In this document: positions 1-5,814 of the stretch, one piece after another
How the letters are laid out: each line of letters begins with the position of its first letter
Position numbering within the stretch: the first letter of the stretch is position 1
Assembly: GCA_022560555.1 (NCBI GenBank)
Contig: JADFSZ010000093.1
Location: 1-6,928, forward strand
Direction: 5' to 3'
Length of the DNA: 6,928 nt
From: PVC group bacterium
GTDB lineage: Bacteria > GCA-001730085 > JADFSZ01
The notes under the pieces: model-generated
The model's database searches: none
Told to the model about the DNA's origin: nothing
Seen by the model: only the letters and a program-made list of their open reading frames with translations
Program-made: the position numbers and the translations under genes

Positions 1-1
1 C

Positions 2-142
2 AACACATGTAGCGTTAATCCAAAATTTTCACCACGACAGGAAATCAAGCTAAATTTTGTTCTCCATGAGGTGTATGGGGAGATTAAGGATCGTTTAAAC
101 TATGCAACTGTAAATGTAATCCCTGAAATGTTTTATGCCTAA
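2..142 (+). CDS. Possible 3' end (46 codons plus TAA) of an unidentified CDS entering from the left edge
   Basis: Frame 2 is open from the window edge to TAA at 140-142 (NTCSVNPKFSPRQEIKLNFVLHEVYGEIKDRLNYATVNVIPEMFYA*). The other frames of 1-197 are stop-rich on both strands. No family recognised, and it is too short for the supplied ORF track. It would be convergent with uvrA. An open run of this length could still arise by chance. Confidence 0.3.
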   Translation, partial: NTCSVNPKFSPRQEIKLNFVLHEVYGEIKDRLNYATVNVIPEMFYA

Positions 143-197
143 CAATATAATAGAAATCAGTTTAGCGAATATCTACTGAGAATTTGTACGAGAGATT

Positions 198-2861
198 TTA
201 GTTTTTTGGAATCGTAAATGCCGACGCAAATATCGCCCGGTAAAAGAAGAAGAGTTTTGTATAATATCCATGATTTTTAAAATGCCTTTTTAGATACCTG
301 CCTGTGGCAGAGGCTTGTACCTGCTTAATTTCCCGGGGACGCCCCGTCGCGATCACATACCCCCCCTGATCACCACCCTCAGGGCCCAGATCAATAATAT
401 GATCCGCGGATTCGATCACATCCATATTATGCTCAATCACAACGATGGTGTTTCCCTCATCTGACAGGCGATGCAAAACTTTAAGCAAAACTTGCACATC
501 GGCAAAATGCAGTCCCGTCGTCGGTTCATCCAGAAGATAAATTGTACGGCCGGTACTTGTTTTTCCAAGCTCTTTGGACAGTTTCACGCGCTGTGCCTCA
601 CCTCCGGATAAAGTTAAAGCAGACTGTCCTAACTTGATATAATCCAGCCCAACATCATGCATCGTTTTCAATCTTTGGTAAATATGCGGGATTTTCTGAA
701 AAACATCCAGTGCTTCTTCAACAGACATGTCTAAAACATCCGAGATGCTTTTGTTTTTATAACGAACCTGCAAGGTCTCGCTATTATAGCGTTTACCTTT
801 ACATACTTCACATGGCACATAGATGTCCGCCAAAAAATGCATTTCAATTTTTATTTTTCCCGCTCCCTGGCAATTTTCACAGCGTCCTCCTTTTAGATTA
901 AACGAAAAGCGCCCGGAGATATATCCACGGACTTTCGCTTCAGGCAGTGACGCGTACAATTCACGAATAGGTGAAAATATTCCTGTATATGTCGCGGGAT
1001 TAGAACGGGGTGTTCTTCCGATAGAAGATTGATCAATCATCACCGCTTTATCTAAAAACTCAAATCCCTTAATTTTACCGCAAGAGCCGGGTTGAACCCG
1101 GCTCTTGTAAAAATACTTCATCAAGGCGCGATACAGAATATCATTAATGAGTGAGCTTTTTCCCGAACCGGAGACTCCGGTTATAGACGTGAAAACACCA
1201 AGAGGAATTTTCACGTCTATATTTTTTAAATTATTTTGACGTGCGTTTTTTAGTACTAACCATTTATCATAGCTGCGATTCTTTGACTGAATCCGGTTTT
1301 TTGTTTTATGACGAAGATACTTGGCCGTTAGGGACGTTTTATGTTGCATCACTTTTTGAACACTTCCTGCCGTGACAATTTGTCCGCCATGAATACCCGC
1401 GCCGGGCCCCATATCAATAACATAATCCGCCTTTCGGATAGTCTCCTCATCATGCTCGATCACAATCAAAGTGTTACCCGTATCACACAACTCTCTTAAT
1501 ACTTTCAACAATCGCTGATTATCTCTTTGATGCAGCCCGATGCTTGGTTCATCCAGAACATAAAGCACCCCGACGAGACCGGAGCCAATTTGTGTGGCCA
1601 AGCGAATTCTTTGGGCCTCCCCCCCGGAAAGTGTCCGCGCGGTTCTTGCGAGCGAGATATAATTTAACCCGACTTTATCTAAAAAACCCAGGCGAGCCGA
1701 GATTTCTTTTAATATGCGTCGCGCAATGACCCATTGATTGGATGGAAGTTTTAAGTTTTCAAAATATTTTTTTGACTCCCGAATTGAAAGAGTGGAAACA
1801 TCATGAAAGTTTTTGCCTGATATTTTTACTGCGAGGGCTTCGGGCCTCAAACGTGCGCCAGCACACATAGTGCATATCTTTCCTTCCTCCTTGGGATCAA
1901 ATTCAAAATCGCCTGCCTCCGTATAAGACCTCTGGTATTTTTCTGAACGCATGGCGATTTTTCTCGGAGAAAAATCTGTCATAGGATTATGCCGCATCAT
2001 GATGCCAAGCCCGTCACATTTCAAACAGGCGCCATAGGGGCTGTTAAACGAAAAGAAACGGGGACTGATCTCCGGAAAGGAAAATCCGCAAGAGGTGCAG
2101 GCTAACGACTCTGAATACAGCTCTTCATGTCCGTTTATAAGCCGGATTTTTAACAGACCGTTACTAAACCGAAGGGCGGTCTCGACAGAATCCGTGAGCC
2201 GGGAAACATCTTTTTTCGTAATTTGAAGACGATCGACAACGATGTCGATATCATGTTTAATGTTTTTTTCTAAAAAGATGTGATCTTCCACATTTCTCAT
2301 CTGTCCGTCTACCAATACCCGGACAAAACCATTCTTCTTCGCCATATCAAATACATTTTCATGACTACCTTTTTTCCCCCGCACAGAAGGGAAGAGAACC
2401 ATGGCTTTCTCGTAAGAATACTTTTTGAGAATCCTTTCGACCATTTCCGGGGCGGATTGCGATGCGATCTCTTTCCCCTGACATTTTGTATTAGGACAAT
2501 AGGGCGTACCGACACGTGCAAAAAGGAGACGCAGACTGTCATTAATTTCCGTCACGGTTCCGACTGTTGAGCGAGGATTTTTGCTTCCCGATTTTTGGTC
2601 AATCGCTATGGAAGGGAATAAGCCTTCAATCATGTCTACATCCGGTTTTTCGATTTGGCCCAAAAACTGACGCGCATAAGCTGAGAGAGATTCCACAAAT
2701 CGCCTTTGTCCCTCGGCATAAATCGTATCCATGGCTAAAGAAGATTTTCCGGATCCGCTCAACCCCGTAATAACGATAAATTTATAATGAGGAATCTTTA
2801 AATCCAAGTTTTTCAGATTGTGTACCCGAGCGCCTTTAATAATTATTTCTTTTTGCTTCAT
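198..2861 (-). CDS. uvrA: Excinuclease ABC subunit A (UvrA), with a shortened insertion domain
   Basis: 887-aa ORF with two ABC ATPase modules. Module 1: Walker [10 protein letters not shown], signature [12 protein letters not shown], Walker [13 protein letters not shown]. Module 2: [33 protein letters not shown]. Three Cys-pair zinc modules are present: CPNTKC...CTSC, CLKC...CTMC and CENC...CEVC. The protein is collinear with E. coli UvrA as I remember it ([20 protein letters not shown] and others). A purine-rich AGGAAAG motif lies just upstream of the ATG at 2861. The stop is TAA at 198-200. Confidence 0.97.
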   Translation of the reverse strand: MKQKEIIIKGARVHNLKNLDLKIPHYKFIVITGLSGSGKSSLAMDTIYAEGQRRFVESLSAYARQFLGQIEKPDVDMIEGLFPSIAIDQKSGSKNPRSTVGTVTEINDSLRLLFARVGTPYCPNTKCQGKEIASQSAPEMVERILKKYSYEKAMVLFPSVRGKKGSHENVFDMAKKNGFVRVLVDGQMRNVEDHIFLEKNIKHDIDIVVDRLQITKKDVSRLTDSVETALRFSNGLLKIRLINGHEELYSESLACTSCGFSFPEISPRFFSFNSPYGACLKCDGLGIMMRHNPMTDFSPRKIAMRSEKYQRSYTEAGDFEFDPKEEGKICTMCAGARLRPEALAVKISGKNFHDVSTLSIRESKKYFENLKLPSNQWVIARRILKEISARLGFLDKVGLNYISLARTARTLSGGEAQRIRLATQIGSGLVGVLYVLDEPSIGLHQRDNQRLLKVLRELCDTGNTLIVIEHDEETIRKADYVIDMGPGAGIHGGQIVTAGSVQKVMQHKTSLTAKYLRHKTKNRIQSKNRSYDKWLVLKNARQNNLKNIDVKIPLGVFTSITGVSGSGKSSLINDILYRALMKYFYKSRVQPGSCGKIKGFEFLDKAVMIDQSSIGRTPRSNPATYTGIFSPIRELYASLPEAKVRGYISGRFSFNLKGGRCENCQGAGKIKIEMHFLADIYVPCEVCKGKRYNSETLQVRYKNKSISDVLDMSVEEALDVFQKIPHIYQRLKTMHDVGLDYIKLGQSALTLSGGEAQRVKLSKELGKTSTGRTIYLLDEPTTGLHFADVQVLLKVLHRLSDEGNTIVVIEHNMDVIESADHIIDLGPEGGDQGGYVIATGRPREIKQVQASATGRYLKRHFKNHGYYTKLFFFYRAIFASAFTIPKN

Positions 2862-2879
2862 ATCTTTCCTGTAAAACCT

Positions 2880-3461
2880 TTATTGAGATTTTTGGATTAA
2901 TTTTTTTACGAGCTTGACAGGAAGACCGATAATATTGTCCCGGGAACCCGTAAATCGATCAACCACATCGGAGCCATATTCCTGAATCGCGTAGGCTCCG
3001 GCTTTGTCCTTTGGATTGATCTTTTGAAAATAGTCATGGATCCTTCGGGCATCAAGTCGACGAATCCACACATATGACTTTTCGTAATCCGCGCATAAAG
3101 AGTTTTTATCCACATTAAAAACCGCGACCCCCGTATACACAGTATGGCGATGGCCTGAAAGTTCATCCAAAATCTTTTTGGCTATTTTGAGATTTTTCGG
3201 TTTTCCATAAATATGTCCCTTAAAATACACGACAGTATCGGCACCGACCACAACCCCATGGTGAACACGTCGTGCGACATTTTTAGCTTTTTTAATAGCC
3301 TGCCTGACAACAAATCCGGACGGATGTTTTTCGGGAGCAATGGAAAATTCTTTTTCTACATACGTCCGGGGAGCCACAACCCTAAAAGATTTAGAAACAT
3401 TTTTAAACAAACGCTTTCTTCTTGGAGAACAAGAAGCTAAAATCAGAGGCTTTTTGGTCAT
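2880..3461 (-). CDS. maf: Maf-family nucleoside triphosphate pyrophosphatase (septum formation protein Maf)
   Basis: 193-aa ORF carrying the Maf hallmarks LASCSPRRKRL, GADTVV, GKPKN, LSGHRHTVYTGV and GAYAIQE. AGGAAAA lies 4 nt upstream of the ATG. The start codon overlaps the bioF stop as ATGA (3458-3461). Confidence 0.93.
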   Translation of the reverse strand: MTKKPLILASCSPRRKRLFKNVSKSFRVVAPRTYVEKEFSIAPEKHPSGFVVRQAIKKAKNVARRVHHGVVVGADTVVYFKGHIYGKPKNLKIAKKILDELSGHRHTVYTGVAVFNVDKNSLCADYEKSYVWIRRLDARRIHDYFQKINPKDKAGAYAIQEYGSDVVDRFTGSRDNIIGLPVKLVKKLIQKSQ

Positions 3462-4675
3462 ATTTTCCTAGATCCGGCATATGTCATTTTGGTTTCTAAC
3501 TGAGCTAACGTAAGAAGGACTTTTTTCAGTCTTTCGATATGATCATGCGTATGAAGAGCGGATAATGAAATGCGCAAGCGCGATGTTCCTTCGGGAACCG
3601 TCGGCGGACGAATCGCCGTTACAAAAATTCTCTCCTTTAATAGCTCTTCGCTCCAAAAAAGGGCTTTTTTGTTTTTTCCTAAAATCAGAGGGATAATCTG
3701 GGAGGCTCCTCCACAAGTTTGAATCAGTTTCTCCTGAATCCAGCTCCGTAAATTTAGGCTTTTTTGTATTAAATCTTCCCTTAATGTTCGTTCTGCCATC
3801 ACAAGATGGACCGCACATATGTTCACATTGATAACCGATGGGGGCAAGCTTGTTGAATAGATGAGTCCCCGGCACTTATTGACAAGAAGCTCTTTGGCTT
3901 TATGGGGACAGGCCACGTACGCTCCAAAACTTCCGAGGGCTTTACCAAACGTCCCGACTTGAAAATCAACATCTTTTTCGAATCCGTACTCTTCGACTTT
4001 TCCCGCTCCACCGGCACCATAGATCCCATTCGCGTGAGCTTCATCCACCACCAGAATCGTATCATGATCCTTGGCGATACGAACCAATTCCCCGAGGGGG
4101 GCCTCGTCCCCGTTCATACTAAAAATTGACTCCGTAAAAATGACCCGCCCCGCTGAATACGGATGATTGTTTAACAACCATTTTAAGTGATCCATGTCAT
4201 TATGCCGATAGCGATGACATTTCGCGCGTGAGAGAAAGCATCCGTCTATGATGCTTGCGTGACTCAGCCGATCACAAAAAACGCCGCTATGACGCCCGGC
4301 AAGAACAGGAATGAGGGTCGTGTTCGCCGTATAGCCGCTGTTCAAAATGAGGGCCGAAGGCGTTCCTTTCCAATGAGCGACAAGATTCTCGAGCTCCTGA
4401 TGAATTTTTAATGAGCCGGAGACAAGCCGGGAAGAGCCCGTGCCTGTCCCCCATGTTTGTGTGGCTTTAATCGCGGCTTGTTGCAGTTCCGGGCGGGATA
4501 AAAATCCGAGGTAATCATTTGAACTAAAATTTAGATATTGCTTTTCCTCCATAGTCGCGTAGGGCGTTCCCGTTGATTCAATAACCCTCAGCCTCCGAAA
4601 AGATCCGCTATTACGGAGACTCTCTATCTCTTGGACATAGGTGTCAATCTTTTTTTTATTAGTACTCTTACTCAT
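3458..4675 (-). CDS. bioF: 8-amino-7-oxononanoate synthase (alpha-oxoamine synthase family, PLP-dependent)
   Basis: 405-aa ORF with QYLNFSSNDYLG, DRLSHASIIDG, ESIFSMNGDEAPL, VDEAHANG, the PLP-lysine motif GTFGKALGSFGA, LIYSTSLPP and AIRPPTVPEGTSRLRISL. All of these closely parallel E. coli BioF as I remember it (YLNFSSNDYLG, DRLSHAS, DDAHG, VTFGKGFG, LIYSTSMPP, AIRPPTVPAGTARLRLTL). Assignment to BioF rather than Kbl, Spt or CqsA rests on these motif similarities, not on a phylogeny. Confidence 0.85.
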   Translation of the reverse strand: MSKSTNKKKIDTYVQEIESLRNSGSFRRLRVIESTGTPYATMEEKQYLNFSSNDYLGFLSRPELQQAAIKATQTWGTGTGSSRLVSGSLKIHQELENLVAHWKGTPSALILNSGYTANTTLIPVLAGRHSGVFCDRLSHASIIDGCFLSRAKCHRYRHNDMDHLKWLLNNHPYSAGRVIFTESIFSMNGDEAPLGELVRIAKDHDTILVVDEAHANGIYGAGGAGKVEEYGFEKDVDFQVGTFGKALGSFGAYVACPHKAKELLVNKCRGLIYSTSLPPSVINVNICAVHLVMAERTLREDLIQKSLNLRSWIQEKLIQTCGGASQIIPLILGKNKKALFWSEELLKERIFVTAIRPPTVPEGTSRLRISLSALHTHDHIERLKKVLLTLAQLETKMTYAGSRKI

Positions 4676-4711
4676 AAAAAAAACGGTGAACAGGGTTTTT
4701 CTGTTGACCGT
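4676..4711 (-). terminator. Rho-independent terminator-like hairpin plus U8 tract downstream of the MCE gene
   Basis: Minus-strand RNA reads ACGGUCAACAG-AAAAACC-CUGUUCACCGU followed by UUUUUUUU. The arms are 11 nt (4701-4711 and 4683-4693) with one central C:C mismatch, and the loop is 7 nt. The hairpin starts 31 nt after the TAG stop at 4743-4745. The U-tract (4676-4683) ends exactly at the bioF ATG. Confidence 0.6.
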
Positions 4712-4742
4712 CGGCTCCTTAAATAAACAACCCGCCCCTTAT

Positions 4743-5672
4743 CTAACGCTTAAGTCTCTTCTTTCGCTTTTCACGTTTCAACTGCTCCGGACTTTTCATC
4801 TGTTCTTTAATTTCTTTCGGAATTTTTAAATGAAAGAGAATTCCTTTTTCTTCGATGATTTTATTGTACCCCGCGAAATGCTGAGCGGCCGAGTCCATAT
4901 TTTCTTTTATGGCCGCTAAATCTTCTTTGTTTTCCGATTTTACATTTTCTATCGAACTTCTGATACTCTGAAATTTTGTCGATATTTGAGAAAAATCCGT
5001 ATCAAGTCCCGCGTACAGTTCAGACAAATTACCCCGAAAATGTTTGAGGTCCTCGTCCGTTTCGGTACGGATCACCCGGATATCTGCCAGGAGCGCCTGA
5101 AAGTAGGAAAAAGTGTTTTTAACGGATTGAACAAATTCTTCATCATCCTTTATTTCATGAATACCGTCCATGATGATCAAAAAGTTTTTCGCGATATTTT
5201 GACCTCTTTTTAAGATATCTGTAAAATCGAGCGGCTGCACACCCCGCAAGACCTCCCCTTTTTTCAAAGGGCCTGACTCCGGATTCCCCGGAATAATATT
5301 GAGAGATTTTTCTCCCATTATTCCAATCGATTTTATAAGCACTTCGCTGTCACGCGAAATATCTAATCTACGGTCAACATAACTCGTAAAAATCACATGA
5401 TAAGGCTTGTCTTTCGATGACGAAATGATCTTAGATGATGTCACTTCACCAACCAGAACTCCGTTGTAATTCACAGGAGAATTGTTCCCAATTCCACCCG
5501 CTGTCTCAAAACCAATCAGAAGTTTTTTAGTAGGATGGAAACTTGCAAGCAAAGTTCCGACCCAAAGCATCAAAGCGACAGACGCCACAATAGTTATGAC
5601 AAGACCCATGCGGGCATTTTCAGAGAGACCTCTGATAAGAGGGTGTTTTGTAATTTTTGACAGGATATTCAT
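4743..5672 (-). CDS. MCE/MlaD-domain protein with an N-terminal TM anchor and a long helical C-terminal extension
   Basis: There is one TM helix (GLVITIVASVALMLWVGTLLASF). It is followed by an MlaD/MCE-like domain: LIGFETAGGIGNNSPVNYNGVLVGEVTSSKI...RLDISRDSEVLIKSIGIMGEKSLNIIPG...LKKGEVL. This matches the F..GGL..SPV..GV.VG.V...DS...I...GLLGE.Y pattern of E. coli MlaD from memory. Next come ~160 aa predicted helical, ending in KREKRKKRLKR. I chose the ATG at 5672 as the start. The longer ORF-track start at 5696 is a GTG that lies inside the predicted promoter spacer and extended -10. Confidence 0.88.
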   Translation of the reverse strand: MNILSKITKHPLIRGLSENARMGLVITIVASVALMLWVGTLLASFHPTKKLLIGFETAGGIGNNSPVNYNGVLVGEVTSSKIISSSKDKPYHVIFTSYVDRRLDISRDSEVLIKSIGIMGEKSLNIIPGNPESGPLKKGEVLRGVQPLDFTDILKRGQNIAKNFLIIMDGIHEIKDDEEFVQSVKNTFSYFQALLADIRVIRTETDEDLKHFRGNLSELYAGLDTDFSQISTKFQSIRSSIENVKSENKEDLAAIKENMDSAAQHFAGYNKIIEEKGILFHLKIPKEIKEQMKSPEQLKREKRKKRLKR

Positions 5673-5686
5673 AGAAAACTGAGCAA

Positions 5687-5715
5687 ATTCTAGCACGATA
5701 CAAAGGGACTTTCAA
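5687..5715 (-). promoter_or_regulatory. Sigma70-like promoter for the MCE gene
   Basis: Minus strand reads TTGAAA (5710-5715), a 17-nt spacer ending in TGC (extended -10 TG), then TAGAAT (5687-5692). The predicted TSS is ~7 nt downstream. That leaves only ~8 nt of leader with no SD before the ATG at 5672. Confidence 0.5.
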
Positions 5716-5717
5716 CC

Positions 5718-5731
5718 ATGATCTCGATCAT
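5718..5731. promoter_or_regulatory. Candidate operator: palindrome ATGATC-TC-GATCAT between the divergent -35 boxes
   Basis: Perfect 6-bp inverted arms with a 2-bp spacer, containing two GATC sites. It sits 2 bp from the minus-strand -35 (5710-5715) and 2 bp from the plus-strand -35 (5734-5739). A palindrome this short is expected by chance about once per window, so only the position is suggestive. Confidence 0.25.
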
Positions 5732-5733
5732 TC

Positions 5734-5762
5734 TTGACCCGGAATGAACAATATGATAACCT
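5734..5762 (+). promoter_or_regulatory. Sigma70-like promoter for the secreted-protein gene
   Basis: TTGACC (5734-5739), a 17-nt spacer, then TAACCT (5757-5762). This would give a ~45-nt 5' UTR before the ATG at 5815. The -10 is only a moderate match. Confidence 0.4.
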
Positions 5763-5814
5763 TTAGCTAAGAAAGAACTTAGATCAGCAATAAAACCTCT
5801 ATAAAGGTTTCAAA

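Noticed and set aside
143-197. Expected bidirectional terminator between the convergent left-edge ORF and uvrA
   Set aside because: Only a 5-bp stem (TCAGT...ACTGA) with a 13-nt loop is present, with no GC-rich stem or U-tract. It is not callable.
360-366. C7/G7 homopolymer in uvrA (a second one lies at 1619-1625) as possible phase-variation tracts
   Set aside because: Both arise from GGG GGG codons in conserved Gly-rich motifs (GGDQGGY and LSGGEAQ). They are too short and too conserved in position to suggest contingency-locus behaviour.
710-2770. Six short ORFs inside the uvrA span: 710-901+, 823-1032+, 1544-1729+, 2280-2570+, 2309-2542-, 2567-2770+
   Set aside because: All are antisense or out of frame within a strongly conserved UvrA reading frame. 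Their translations are low-complexity or Pro/Arg/Phe-rich with no motifs or RBS. They are typical shadow ORFs.
2906-4129. Short ORFs inside maf and bioF: 2906-3166-, 3213-3440+, 3543-3875-, 3823-4065-, 3902-4129+
   Set aside because: They are out of frame or antisense to CDSs with clear family motifs, have no start context and show no recognisable domains.
4676-4742. Search for an SOS (LexA) box or a BirA/bioO-type operator upstream of bioF-maf-uvrA, also checked at 2862-2879
   Set aside because: I see no CTGT-N8-ACAG, GAAC-N4-GTTC or TGTAAACC...GGTTTACA-like arrangement. The only inverted repeat is the terminator stem, whose ACAG/CTGT elements are in the wrong orientation and spacing.
4641-4829. 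62-aa hydrophobic plus-strand ORF (MSIFFLLVLLLIKK...) spanning the bioF start, terminator and MCE gene 3' end
   Set aside because: It is antisense to Lys/Glu-rich coding sequence and to the A/T tracts, which automatically yields Phe/Leu-rich pseudo-peptides. It has a GTG start without an SD and crosses a terminator hairpin.
4986-5682. Plus-strand ORFs 4986-5213 and 5482-5682 antisense to the MCE gene
   Set aside because: They are shadow ORFs within a CDS that has a clear TM plus MCE domain architecture. No motifs or RBS.
5673-5696. Longer MCE-gene start at GTG 5696 (MLEFAQFS extension in the ORF track)
   Set aside because: The GTG lies within the spacer and extended -10 (TGC TAGAAT) of the best promoter match, so it would not be on the transcript. 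It also has no SD. The ATG at 5672 is preferred, but this depends on an unverified promoter prediction.
5793-5810. Hairpin AAACCT-ctataa-AGGTTT overlapping the weak SD of the secreted-protein gene (possible RBS sequestration)
   Set aside because: The stem is only 6 bp and A/U-rich, so it is likely marginally stable. There is no partner or anti-sequestor element, and such a hairpin is expected by chance.
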